Positions 46,285 to 58,948 of a DNA stretch of 64,000 bases are shown piece by piece. The DNA is from Squalus acanthias (taxonomy: Eukaryota), in NCBI GenBank assembly GCA_030390025.1, contig CM059432.1, forward strand, positions 66,652,001 to 66,716,000, in the 5' to 3' direction. The translations under genes were made by a program, and so were the position numbers. Below the pieces are notes generated by a model. That model did not search any database and was not told the origin of the DNA. It saw only the letters and a program-made list of their open reading frames with translations. Positions within the stretch are counted from its first letter, which is position 1; every line of letters starts with the position of its first letter.

Positions 46285-46530
46285 TGTGGCGGATTGCCAC
46301 CTAAAACGGGCATAATCCACTCTTCCGTCTGTGGACAAATTTCCAGCCCCTTCCCTTTAAGGCAGAAGGGGGCGGGGCCTCAGGTTTTACCCAGAGAATT
46401 CTGGGAGTTTACCCAGAGAATTCTGGGAGCAGCTTTCTCAGACATTTTGTTTTGCCATGCAGTGAATAAAAGCAGCTTGTTTTCCACATATGGATTCAGC
46501 CTCCATTCATGTTTCGCGGCAGCCTCAACA
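46285..46530 (+). repeat. 3' LTR of Gypsy copy 2 (246 bp, includes a 22-bp tandem duplication)
   Basis: TTTACCCAGAGAATTCTGGGAG occurs twice at 46386-46429. Confidence 0.96.
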
Positions 46531-47069
46531 TCTTTAAAATTATGAGAGGTTTTGATAGAGTGGATAGAGAGAGAATGTTTCCACTTGTGGGGAAGAGCAT
46601 AACTAGAGGCCATCGATATAAGATAGTCACCAAGAAATCCAATAGGGAATTCAGAAGAACCTTCTTTGCCCAAAGAGTGGTGAGAATGTGGAACTCGCTA
46701 CCACAGGCAGTGGTTGAAGTGAATAGTATAGATGCATTTAAGGGGAGGCTGGACAAACATATGAGGGAGAAGGGAATAGATTTAGATGAGGAACGACGGG
46801 AGGAGGCTCGAGTGCAGCATAAACGCCGGCATAGCCTGGATGGGCTGAATGGCCTGTTTCTGTGCCGTATATCCTACGTAATCCTATGTAAATTTGATCA
46901 AGTCAAAAATGATAACCCACTGATGTAAGGAAGAGTAGCATTTTGATTGTTTTTGTATTATTATGTAAAGATACGTTGTACCAATTCAGTTAAGTAAACT
47001 TAATCATAACTGTTGCTTCATATATTCACTATAAGTCACCATTGCATTTACATTTCATGCCACCAATTA

Positions 47070-47720
47070 ATTTCACTGGTGACATTTGCCAGATCAGTCA
47101 AATGGGAATACAACGCTGCATCAAGAAAGTAACTGAAGGCTTGCTTGCCTGTGGCAACACTTAAGTCATAGTCTCCATGGAAAGACATATATGAATCACA
47201 AAGGAGTCCATTCAATCAACATTCAGATACACCATGATCTTTTCATCTTGTGACAGTCCACAATGCCACAACTATTGGAGGGAGTCAGGCAGAATGGCTG
47301 GATGGCAGCTGGAGGACCAGGGCAACTCTTTGTTGCTATGGTTATTAGGACCAGTCAGGAACTCTGTTACTAAGGCAGAGCAAAAATACAGTAAGACTAA
47401 AGCCGCCACCTGAATTCTAGCAAGACATGCAATTCGTATATTAAAACGGAACTTCAGGACAGATCAGGTGGAGTTTAACTTTACAGCCCCAAGAAGATGT
47501 TGAAGATCATCTGCATCTGCTGTGTCAGGTTTGCCATTTGTACAGAGGAACCTATGCAGAAAGAAGGACAGGAAGTCAAGTCTACAACCTTGGCTGCAGA
47601 GGAAGGAGAAGAGGAGGAAGATGAATTGGTCGCGTTTGATGTGCAGCCAGATAGATTGGTGCTTCAAACAATGACTGACAGGAATTTCAGTTCAAAGCAG
47701 CTGTTTGAGCTCCTCCATGA
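47070..47720 (+). pseudogene. Old Harbinger transposase remnant
   Basis: TGDICQISQMGIQRCIKKVTEGL; GWQLEDQG; AIRILKRNFR; YSPKKMLKIICICC; acidic tail. Confidence 0.65.
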
Positions 47721-47805
47721 ACAGTACTATTACTCGCTTTGCAGTATCTTGGTTCCTTAGCAACATGATGGACCAAATCTTCCATGACTCTATTACCATT
47801 TTTAC

Positions 47806-49932
47806 AGAAGGTGGTGGTGAGCCGCCTTCTTGAACCGCTGCAGTCCTTGTGGTGAAAGTACTCCCACAGTGCTGTTAGGGAGGGAGTTCCAGCACTTTGA
47901 GCCAGCGATGATATACTTCCAAGTCAGGATGGTGTGTGACTTGGAGGGGAACTTGGAGGTGGGGGTGTTCTCATGCACTTCTGCCCTTGTCCTTTTAGGC
48001 AGTAGAGGTCGCAGGTTTGGGAGGTGCTGTCGCAGTAGCCTTGGCGAGTTGCAGAATTGCAGCTTGTAGATGGTAAACTCTGCAGTCACGGTGCGCCAGT
48101 GGTGGAGAGAGTGAATGTTTAAGGTGGTGGATGGGGTGATAATCAAGCAGGCTGCTTTGTCCTGGATGGTGTCGAGCTTCTTGAGTGTTGTTGGAGCTGC
48201 ACTCATCCAGGCAAGTGGAGAGTATTCCATCACACTTCTGACTTGTGCCTTGTAGATGGTGGAAAGACTTTGGGGAGTCAGGAGGTGATACTCGCCACAG
48301 AATACCCAGCCTCTGACCTGCTCTTGTAGCCACAGTGGCCCAAAAATTAGTGCCGCTACGTGAGAGTACGCACTGTGTACTCTCGCGTATTCTGTCTCCA
48401 ATTGCCGTTTTTTTGCATGCTCTGCGCATGCGCTGAAAACCGGCACTTGGTGAATTCAAAAGGGGGCGGTTCCTAGGTGAACCGCGTGCGCGCTACAGGC
48501 TGCGCGCACGCAGTGCACTTAGTGCTTTGAACGCGCAGGTAAGCATGGAACATTTTAGACATAAAGAAAGGAGGCGTAAGACCCTCTTTTAACAAGGTAA
48601 GTAGTTAATTAAGTATTATTTTGAATTTTTTTTAACAGGTATATCTTTTTTAGAGACTTTAAAGACAGGTAAGTTTATTTTTATAACTTTTTAAAAGATT
48701 TAAAATTTTTTCAAAAATTTAATTTTTTGTTTAAAATGGTTAATTTATTTAACTATACTTATTTTATTAATGTGATGGTTTTTTTTAAAAATTTAATTGA
48801 GGTTTAGCTGTTCTTTTGGGGGGGTATAGATTCATAGCTTTCACAGCACTTATGTGAAAGCTATGAATGAAAGATGGTGTGCTGCCATTGGCTCTAACTG
48901 AATCACGTGATCCCACAGCTCGCACGAATTAACTACGCCTGTGGGATACGGAAGCCCTGCACAGCTGCTGTCCAGAACATCAAGTTCGTGCGAGCTCGGA
49001 CTGAAAAAGCCAGCGCGCAGTGAGAGATCGCGGGGAAGCCATCCCTCGCACGAAGGCTCCCTCACGAATTTTTGGGCCATTATTTATGTGGTTGGTCCAG
49101 TTAAATTTCTGGTCAATGGTAACCCCCAGGATGTTGATGGCGGGGGGATTCAGCGATGGTAATGCTGTTGAATGTCAAGGGGAGGTAGTTTGACTCTCTT
49201 GTTGGAGATAGTCATTGCCTGGCACTTGTATGGCACAAATGTTACTTGCCACTTATCAGCCCAAGCCTAAATATCATCCAGGTTTTGGTGCATGCAGGCA
49301 TGAACTGCTTTATTATCTGAGGAGTTGCAAATGAAAAGGAACACTATACAATCATCAGCGAACACCCCCACTTCTGTTCTTATGATGGAGGGAAGGTCAT
49401 TGATGAAGCAGCTGAAGCTGGTTGGGCCGAGGACACTGCCCTGAGGAACTCCTGCAGCGATGTCCTGGGGCTGAGATGATTGGCCTCCAATAACCACAAC
49501 CATCTTCCTTTGTGCTAGGTATGAATCCAGCCAGTGGAGAGTTTTCTCCCAATTCCCATTGACTTCAATTTTACTAGGGCTCCTTGTTACCACACTCGCT
49601 CAAATGCTGCCGTGATGTCAAGGGCAGTCACTCTCCCCTCACCTCTAGAATTCAACACTTTTGTCCATGTTTGGACCAAGTCTGTAATGAAGTCTGGAGC
49701 CGAGTGGCCCTGGAGGAACCCAAACTGAGCAGGTTATTGGTGAGTAAGTGCCATTTGATAGCATTGTCGCGGACACCTTCCATCACTTTGTTGATGATTG
49801 AGAGTAGACTGATGGGGCGGTAATTGGCCGGATTGAATTTGTCCTTCCTTTTGTGGACAGGACATATTTGGGCAGTTTTTCACTTTGTCGAGTAGATGCC
49901 AGTGTTGTAGGTGTACTGGAACAGCTTGGCGC
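47806..49932 (-). mobile_element. CR1/L2-group LINE fragment (same family as 10725-12190), split by a MITE
   Basis: GVPQGSVLGP, FADD, IYKAQVRSVMEYS, LQRFKKAAHHHLL. Confidence 0.9.
48337..49078 (+). mobile_element. Harbinger-type MITE, family M (copy 2)
   Basis: TIR GGCCCAAAAATT / AATTTTTGGGCC with TSD AGT/ATT. Confidence 0.9.
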
Positions 49933-50744
49933 TCCGTAGTATACTCTGGTTAGTGTAGTCACCTCCAGGAACGCTGCAGCCGGATCTTCAAAGAGGAGTC
50001 CACGTTCATATGCTTTGCAGCTTTGCTGAAGTCTCAAATGGCTGCCATGCAGGATCTGGACTCCAGCTTGGAGAAACAGGTATCCACCTTAGACAGATTG
50101 GTGGACCATATGGATAGGGGCTTTCAAGGCGTCACTTACCTTCTCCTCTTTGTGGGATGTATTGTAGGGAACCCCCATACATGTTGAGACACCTGGACCT
50201 TTGCTTCAGCATCCCTATGGTGTGCTCAATAATGAGCCTGGTGGTCGCCCGGCTTCAATTATATCTGTGTTCCTCAGGAGTGGTGGGGCTTTGGAGTGGT
50301 GTCATGAGACACATCTGTAGGGAGTATCCCTTGACCTCCCAGCAGCCATCCTGCCATGTTCCTGGGAGTTCAAATATTGGGGGGGATGGTGGACTGGTGC
50401 ATCTTAAATGAATCCTAACAGCTGCTGGAGTACCTTGCAGAAATTTGCATGATCCTGTTTGTTTGATTAGCCAGTAACTGCACATTAATGGAGTAGTAAC
50501 CTTTCCTATTTACAAATGTTGCTGGCTGGTGTTCTGGTCCCCTGATACCATGTGACCAGTCAATGACTCCCTGCACACAGGAGAAGCCAGCCACTGCTGC
50601 AAATCCTCAGGCTCTTCCATTTTTACTGTTGAGGTCAATAGGGGAGTTGATGAACTGCTCAAACCTGGAGAACAGGGCATCGGTGAACTGTTTATTGTAG
50701 ACTGGGAATGTGACTGATGGCAAAGAAGTTAAGGGCTGTAATAT

Positions 50745-51205
50745 AAACAGAAAATGCTGGAAATACTCAGCAGACCAGGCAGCATCTGTGGAGAGAAAAA
50801 CAGAGTTAATGTTTCCAGTCTATGACCTGTCATCAGAACTGGAAAATGTTACAGATGTACAGGTTTTAATCAAGGCAGGGAAAGGGGTAGGGGAGGAAAG
50901 AACAAAAGGGAAAGTCTGTGATAGGGTGGAAGGCAGGTGAGATTAAATGAGCAGCAGAGTCATAACCAGCACCTGTTGTTCAAAAAAATGGGAGTAGTGG
51001 TTATGGTCTGAAATTGTTGAATTTAATATTGAGTCCGGAAGGCTGTAAAGTGCCTAATTGAAAGATGAGGTGCTGTTCCTCAAGCTTCTGTTGAGCTTCA
51101 TTGGAACAGTGTAGGAGGCTGAGGACAGAGAGGTCAGAGTGGGAGTGGGGCGGAGAAATAAAATGGCAAGCGACCGGAAGCTCAGGGTCATGCTTGCGGA
51201 CTGAA
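50745..51205 (-). mobile_element. PLE 3' fragment (GIY-YIG C-terminus plus terminal repeat with a decayed hammerhead motif at 50804-50840)
   Basis: LPVACHF...EEQHLIFQLGTLQPSGLN; matches 20640-21230. Confidence 0.88.
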
Positions 51206-53021
51206 GTTAAAGGCTGTGGTGACTTTGACAGCCATTGGCAAAGCATATCTCTTGGTCCAGCAGGCAGCAGGTCCTATGGCAGGAGGTTGCAGAGATCTGA
51301 GACAGCCTGCCTGGAGAAGGGCAGCCTCCTGCAGCACTGCTCTTCAGATAGGTCCAAGAAACTGACTCTTGGGGGGTGATTTTGCCAATGGGGAGCTTTT
51401 GGAGGCGGGACTCCCACTTGTCAGGTTTCAGTCCCACCTCCTTCAACTTCTGGCTAACCCACGCTATTTTCCCTTGATTGACCTTGTTAAGCCCGCCCAG
51501 TAGGCTTAGCAGGCCAATTAAGGGAAAGCCAGCTGCAGAGAACGTCAATGTATGACGTTTCATCTGTCAAAAATTTTTGACAGATGAATTGTCATCGTTT
51601 GACAGCTCTGTGAAGCTGTCAAACACTGACATTCTCTGTAGTTTGATGAGGTCTTGAATTCAAGACCTCATCAAACCTCGTTCTTTTGCAGAAATCAGAT
51701 GCTTGTTACATTGGAGAATGCAACGGCCATCTGTCATCTCTACCGCGGAGGTGTGAGACTCTCCGCATACCCACCAATTGAAGCCTGCAGGAAGAAACAA
51801 AGGTAAGTACACTTTTTCTAACACTTTCCACTTACCTCAGATACTCACCTCTCCACACTTGCACCCATCACTCACCTCCACAGCACACTTTTGGACCCCT
51901 CCGACCCCCGCAGACCCACTACTCGCCTCGGTGACCCTGGCGGGGTTCGGAGCCTTCACAAAGCTCGCACTTGTGTGGGCAAAATGGTGATAAGCCTATT
52001 TTCTACATGTTAACTACCTGTTAACAGGCAGTTAAGTGGCTGTAATCCCTGCCCGCCTCCAAGGAGACGGGACCTGGTGTGGGATGGCACCCGCCCCCAA
52101 ATTCTGCCATTTTCCCGGCAGTCCCGCCTCCATACCCGCCTCCCCAGGGCTGGCAAGATCGCACCCACGGTCTGTACATCATATATGCTGGGTTTGGCCT
52201 CCTATGAACAGTCCCCTCACCTGCTGTTTTTTGATAGTCGCAGCTGCTGCTGGCACTGGTTTTGGAGGCTGCTGCTGCTGCACTTCTTCCTCCAAGTCTT
52301 CATCTATCCAGAAGAATGTAGCAATAATTGGACCCATTATAAACACAGAAAGCTTACTGAGGGCAATAATGCCAAATTATTGCTAAAGAGGCAATCTGGG
52401 AACTGGAAACTCTCCTGGAAAACCAGACAATGAAAAGATCCTGTGATCCGCTGAGCTTCAGCTGAGTGCCCAGATATATATTATATATAGATAGGCCTAA
52501 AAATTACAGTCGGCATAGCTACGGAGTACTCCGCCGACCTCCGAAAAGAATACAAACTTAGCTTGTGCGAGCCCCACACATAGGGCTGGATTTTGAATGA
52601 CCCATGGAGTCGGGTTTGGAGGCGTGTGGGGGGTTAAATTTGCGGGGTCGGGGTTTCCGACCCCATCCCGCCTCCACGCAATTTTGACGAAATCAGTCGC
52701 GGGGTTCCCGACTCCGTCCCGCCTCCAAGAGGCGGGAGAGGCCATTAAAGCCCTTAACAAGCTCAAAATTGGCTCTGTAATGCCATTTTGAAACGTTTTA
52801 GCTAGTTTAACCCTTTTCTGACGTGAAGTACGCCTGGTGTGAAACACTCCAGTGAAACCTGGCGGGAGCACAAGTGGACAGCTGACTATCAGCTGCAGGT
52901 CCACTATTACAACGGAGATGTGATGAAGGTAGTAGTAGTATTAGAAAGTCGCCGCTGCTGCATTGAATGTGTTCAGAGACTGCCTGGCCTTTGCTGCGAG
53001 AGGACTTGGATGCAAAAAAAA

Positions 53022-53095
53022 TTCTCTCTCTCTCTCTCTCTCTCTGTCTCTGTCTCTCTCTGTCTCTCTCTGTCTCTGTGTGTCTCTCTCTTCTC
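53022..53095 (+). repeat. (TC)n/(TCTCTG)n microsatellite
   Basis: Direct inspection. Confidence 0.95.
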
Positions 53096-53297
53096 CCCCC
53101 CCCATATTTTGCATCCAGGTCCACTCACATCAAAAGCAAGCCAGGCAGGTCCTCTCTCACCAACAGTCTCTGAGACTAGGCAGTCAGCAATGATGACATC
53201 ATCAGAGGCGACTTTCAGACTGAAACCACTAATTGGTTCATGGGTTCCCACATGCTGGAACTCAATTGCCCAATTAAGTGAAAATTGCGTCATTCAT

Positions 53298-53713
53298 TGA
53301 GATTGAGGGAGTTGGGGCTTTTCTCTTTAGAGCGGAGGAGGATGAGAGGCGACTTAATAGAGGTTTATAAGATGATGAGGGTGATAGATAGAGTGGATGT
53401 TCAGAGACTATTTCCTCGGGTAGAGGCAGCTGTTACAAGGGGGCATAACTATAAGGTGCATGGGGGGAGATATAGAAGGGATGTCCGAGGTAGATTCTTT
53501 ACTCAGAGAGTGGTTGGGGTGTGGAATGGACTGCCTGCTGTGATAGTGGAGTCGGACACTTTAGGAACTTTCAAGCGGTTATTGGATAAGCACATGGAGC
53601 ACACCAGAGTGATAGGGAGTGTGATAGCTTGATCTTGGTCTCGGACAATGCTCGGCACAACATCGAGGGCCGAAGGGCCTGTACTGTGCTGTACTGTTCT
53701 ATGTTCTATGTTC
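53298..53713 (+). mobile_element. Short CR1 3' fragment
   Basis: LRELGLFSLERRRMRGDLIEVYK..., followed by a (TGTTCTA)n tail. Confidence 0.9.
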
Positions 53714-54582
53714 ATCCACATTAATCTGGAGTCGGGGGGGAAACACGAAATGTGGATTACACGACCCCAACCCGACCCCAAGACAAAATCTAGCCCATAG
53801 ACTTACTGTTCGGCACTGCAGAGTTGTGTGCAGCGTATTACATCATGAGGGCCAGGAGCGCAGTGTGCAGCCTGTGTATAAAAGAAGACACGCCCACAAA
53901 ATCTGTCAAAACTAAGCCACACCCACAGAAACTTCTTTCAGTCTATCCCATTGAAATTACATTTTAAAAACTTTAAAAAAACTTTTCATTAAACTGGTAC
54001 TTGGACTTATTTCAAATATCAGCATTTTGTTAAAATTCTGTAACAAAATACCAGCATATTGATTTTTGAAATGCAGTATCTGTATAAGGTCATAGCCAAA
54101 AAAAGGGGAATTTGTACTGTAACATTTGCCACCTAAACCAAAAAAATAGTTGTGTTTTCCCACCTACTCTTTATGAAATTCACGTGCAGCTATGTATGAT
54201 ATACTTGTCACAATGTCTGCTTTCTCGCACATAGATATTTATATATAGTTCTATAAACTATTTATACATAGTTCTATAAAATGTCTGGATATTTGGTATA
54301 TGTGCAATAAACATAATTAAACATTCCATGGGTATGTTAAAGCGCCTGGTCTGCCACGGCTCCATATCATTTACAAACAGTACGTGAGGCGTTGGAATAT
54401 GATAAGGCTTGTTGGCGCAGCATACTAATAAAAACGGTATGTGTTCAGTACAAGTAGTTTGTTTCTGTGGGTGGTTTTCTGGTAACAGTTTCATTTAAAT
54501 TTTATTTAAACTTACTGAACAATTTGCAGATTTTGCATGTATAAGGGTAAAAGTTGTACTGCTTACAATTATATCCGCTGCT

Positions 54583-57500
54583 TAGAATCATAGGGGGAAA
54601 AATTGGGTTGGTTTGTGCCACTCGTTAGTGCCCCGTGGCGCTGTGCCGCCGGCAATGACATCATCGGCATGCGCAGTGCCCCGCTTGCGCCCCAGCTGCA
54701 AACTTCCCATGCGCCCCCTGAGCTATCGCCAGATGATATGACCGACAGGATCAGGGGGCGTTTTTGCAACGGCAGTGGCACAGGTTAAAGGGTAGGTGTC
54801 GGGCGGCCATTTACATTTTGGCCGACTGCCAGCGCCTGCCCCCTTTCCCTTTTTTATGCGGGGTGCCGGCCGCGATCGCTCAGCCTGGCACTCCTCTTGA
54901 GTGCCGAGCTGTTTTCACGGCATCCCGCTCCCCGGTGATCCAGCAGGGCCCCGGTGCACGCAGCGCTAGGCTCCTCTCCTTTAATCAGGGGAGGAGGCCT
55001 GCCATACTGCGGCGCTACATGCCGCTGCTGCATGTAGCACCGCGAACTTCAGTAGTAGCGCCCCAAGCAGGAGGTGGAGCGCTCCACCTCCCACTTGGGG
55101 CGCCACTACTGGATTTATGGCAGAGGGGCGCAAACTTTTTTGGGGCAATACAATTAGCCCCCCAGCAACGTTAGCACCTCAAAAGGGGTACCACCCAATT
55201 TTTCCCCCGTAGAATCATACAATGGTTACAGCACGGAAAAAGGCCATTCGGCCCGTCGAGCCCGTGCCGGCTCTCTACAAGAGCACCTCAGCTAGTCCCA
55301 CTCCCCTGCCCTTTCCCTGTAGCCCTGCAAATTTCTTTCCTTCAGATACTTAACCAACTCCCTTTTGAAAGCCGTGATTGAGTCTGCCTCCACCAGAGTT
55401 TCAGGCAGTGCATTCCAGATCTTAACCACTCACTGCGTAAAAATGTTTTTTCTTATGTCGCCTTTGGTTCTTTTGCCAAGCACTTTAAATCTGTCCTCTG
55501 GTTCTTGACCCTTCTGCCAATGGGAGCAGTTTCCTTCTATCTACTCTGTTCAGACCCTTATTATTTTGAACACCTCTATCAAATCTCCTTTCAATCTTCT
55601 CTTCTCCAAGGAGAATAACCCTAGTTTCTCCAGTCTATCAACATAACTGAAGTCCCTCATCCCTGGAATAATTCTTGTAAATTTTCTCTGCACCCTCTCG
55701 AAGGCCTTCACATCCTTCCTAAAGTGTGGTGCCCAGAAATGGACACATTACTCCAGTTGGGGCTGAACCAGTGTTTTATACAGGTTCATCATAATTTCCA
55801 CACTTTTGTACACTATTTATGAAGCCCAGGATCCCATAAGCCTTTTTAACTGCTTTCTCAACCTGCCCTGCCACCTTCAACGATTTGTGCACACACACCC
55901 CCAGGTCTCTCTGTTCGTGCACCCCCTTCAGGATTGTACCATTTAGTTTATATGTTCTCTCTTCATTCTTTCTACCAAAATGTATCACTTCACACTTTTC
56001 TGCATTAAATTTCATCTGCCACATGTCCGCCCATTTCACCAGCCTGTCTATGTCCTCTTGAAGTCTATCACTCTCCTCCTCACTGTTCACTATACGTCCA
56101 AGTTTTGTGTCATCTGCAAATTTTGAAATTGTGCCCTGTATACCTAAGTCCAAGTCATTAATATATATCAAGAAAAGCAGTGGTCCTAGAATTGACCCCT
56201 GGGGAACACCACTGTATACCTTCCTCCAGTCCAAAAAACAACCGTTCATCACCACTCTCTGTTTCCTGTCACTTAGCCAATTCCGTATCCATGCTGCCAC
56301 TGTCCCTTTATTCCATGGGCTTCAAATTTGCTGGCAAGCCTATTATGTGGCACTTTGTCGAACGCCTTTTGGAAATCCATGTACACTACGTCAACCGCAT
56401 TACCCTCATCAACCCTCTCTGTTACCTCATCAAATAACTCAATCAAGTTAGTTAAACACAATTTGCCTTTAACAAATCCATGCTGGCTTTCCCTAATTAA
56501 TCCATACCTATCCAAGTGACCTAATTTTGTCCTTGATTACTGTTTCTAAAAGCTTCCCCACTACCGAGGTCAAACTGACTGGCCTGTAGTTGCTGGACTT
56601 ATCTTTACACCCTTTTTTGAACAATGGTGTAACATTTGCAATTCTCCAGTCCTCTGGCACCACCCCTGTATCTAAGGAGGATTGGAATATTATGGCCAGT
56701 ACCTCCGCGATTTCCTCCCTCAATTCCCTCAGCATCCTAGGATGCATCCCATCTGCTCCAGGTGATATATCTACTTTAAGTACAGCCAGCCTTTCAAATA
56801 CCTCCTCTTTATCAACTTTTATCCTGCCAAGTATCTCCACTACCTCCTCCTTCACTATGTCTGTGGCAGCATCCTCTTCCTTGGTGAAAACAGATTCAAA
56901 TGACTCATTTAGTACTTCAGCCATACCCTCTGCCTCCATGCAATGGTTTCCTTTTTGGTCCCTAATCGGCCCCACCCCTCCTCTTACTAACCTATTGCTA
57001 TTTATATGGCTATAGAAGACTTTTGGATTACCTTTTATGTTGGCTGCAGTTCTATTCTCATACCCTCTCTTTGCCCCTCTTATTTTCTTTTTCACTTCTC
57101 CTCTAACCTTTCTATATATAGCCTGATTCTCAGATATATTTGCAACCTAACATCTGTCATACATGCTCTTTTTCTGCTTCATCATATTCTCTATCTCTTT
57201 CATCATCCAGGGAGCCCTGACTTTAGTTGTCCTGCCTTTCCCCCTAATGGGAATGTACCTCATCTGTACCTGAACTATTTCCTCTTTAAAGGCAGCCCAT
57301 TGCTCCATTACAGTTTTACCTGCCAATCTTTGATTCCAGTTTACCCGGGCCAGATCCGTTCTCAACCCACTGAAATTGGCCTTCCCCCAGTTAAACATTT
57401 TTACTCTAGGTTGCTCCCTGTCCTTTTCCATAGCTAATCTAAACCTTATGATACTATGATCACTGTTCCCTAAATGTTCATCTACTGACAATTGCTCCAC

Positions 57501-58700
57501 TTGTCCTACCTCATTCCCCAGAACTAGATCCAGCAATGTCTCCCCTCTCGTCGGATGTAAACATACTGATCAAGAAAGTTCTCCTGAACACAGTTCAGAA
57601 ATTTTTCCCCTTCTCTGCCCTTAATACTATTACGATCCCAGTTTATATTAGGATAGTTGAAGTTCCCCATTATTATTACTCTATAGTTCTTGCATCTCTC
57701 TGTAATTTTCTGCAAATTTGCTCCTCCATATCTTTCCCACTATTTGGTGGCCTATAGAATACACCTAGTAGTGTAATGGCACCTCTATTATTTCTTAACT
57801 CTAGCCATATAGATTCTGTCCTTGACCCCTCCAGGACATCCTCTCTCTCCAGCACTATAACATTCTCCTTAACCAATACTGCCACACCACCTCCTATCTT
57901 TCCTGAACACTTTATAACCAGGAATATTTAATACCCAATCCTCCCCTTTTTTGAGCCAGATCTCAATTATTGCCACAATATCATATTCCTATGTGGCTAT
58001 CTGTGCCTGCAGCTCACTTACCTTGTTTATTACACTTCGTGCATTCACATGCATACACTGTAAATCCATCTTAGACCATCCTGTATTCTCTCTTAGTTTG
58101 ATCCCACCTAATACCTTACTATTTCTTACTTTAATGCTCTCTGCCTCTACCAATCATTTGAGCACTTTATTTCCACTTTCTAATGTTACATCCTGGTGCC
58201 CATCCCCCTGCCAAATTAGTTTAAAGCCTCCCCAACAGCATTAGCAAACCTCCCCGCGAGGATATTGGTTCCGGCCCTGTTGAGGTGCAACCTGTCCGGC
58301 CTGTACAGGTCCCACCTCCCCCAGGACTGGTCCCAATGCCCCAGGAATCTAAAGCCCTCCCTCCTGCACCATTTCTGCAGCCACGCATTCATCTGCGCTA
58401 TCCACCTATTTCTATATTCACTAGCGCATGGCACCAGGAGTAACCCAGAGATTACTACCTTTGAGGTCCTGCTTTTTAATCTCTTTTTCTAGTTCCCTGA
58501 AATCTGCCTGCAGGACCTCATCCCTCTTTCTACCTATGTCGTTGGTACCGATATGGACCATGACCTCTGGCTGTTCACCCTCCCCTCTCAGAATGTTCTG
58601 CAGCTGCTTGGTGACATCCTTGACCCTGGCACCAGGGAGGCAACATACCATCCTGGAGTCACGTCTGCGGCCGCAGAAACACCTGTCTGGTCCCCTAACT
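54583..58700 (-). mobile_element. CR1 (ORF1 esterase C-terminal half 58216-58700, degraded ORF2, 3' tail split by a MITE)
   Basis: ORF pieces at 58421, 58216, 57676, 57147, 56508, 56273 and 55776; (TAGAATCA)n tail at 54583/55210. Confidence 0.92.
54593..55208. mobile_element. Harbinger-type MITE (616 bp)
   Basis: Perfect 16-bp TIR GGGGGAAAAATTGGGT with TSD ATA/GTA, inside a CR1 tail. Confidence 0.9.
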
Positions 58701-58780
58701 TTCTTTCAATGTTCAATACAAATGGGTTCCTTTCTTCTGCACCTGCTTTCACTAACCGTGACATTTTTGGATGCCACTAT

Positions 58781-58948
58781 ATATTCAAGAAGGAGTTAGA
58801 TATATTTCTTAAGGCTAAGGGGATCAAGGGATATGGGGAGAAAGCAGGGACAGGGTACTGAATTTGGATGATCAGCCATGATCGCATTGAATGGCGGAGC
58901 AGGCTCAAGGGGCCGAATGGCCTACTCCTGCTCCCATCTTCTATGTTT
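58781..58948 (+). mobile_element. Very short CR1 3' end
   Basis: FKKELDIFLKAKGIKGYGEKAG plus the GGAGCAGG...CCTGCTCC stem-loop. Confidence 0.85.

Larger units (their letters stand above)
42191..46530 (+). mobile_element. Full-length Ty3/Gypsy LTR retrotransposon, CsRn1/Kabuki-like (copy 2)
   Basis: LTRs 42191-42414 and 46285-46530, TSD TCTT, PBS TGGTGACCCCGACG at 42416, PPT GAGGGGAGC. Confidence 0.97.
41735..46890 (+). mobile_element. 5'-truncated CR1 3' end (41735-42190 plus 46531-46890), split by Gypsy copy 2
   Basis: MKFNTNKCEVLHFG...GDLIEVF|KIMRGFDRVD is continuous across the LTR element. Confidence 0.9.
52583..53796. mobile_element. Harbinger-type MITE containing a CT-rich microsatellite and a CR1 3' fragment
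   Basis: TIR GGGCTGGATTTTG / CAAAATCTAGCCC with TSD ATA. Confidence 0.85.

Noticed and set aside
49960..50140. Remnant of the Harbinger Myb gene C-terminus
   Set aside because: Only short, weak similarity to 35990-36060.
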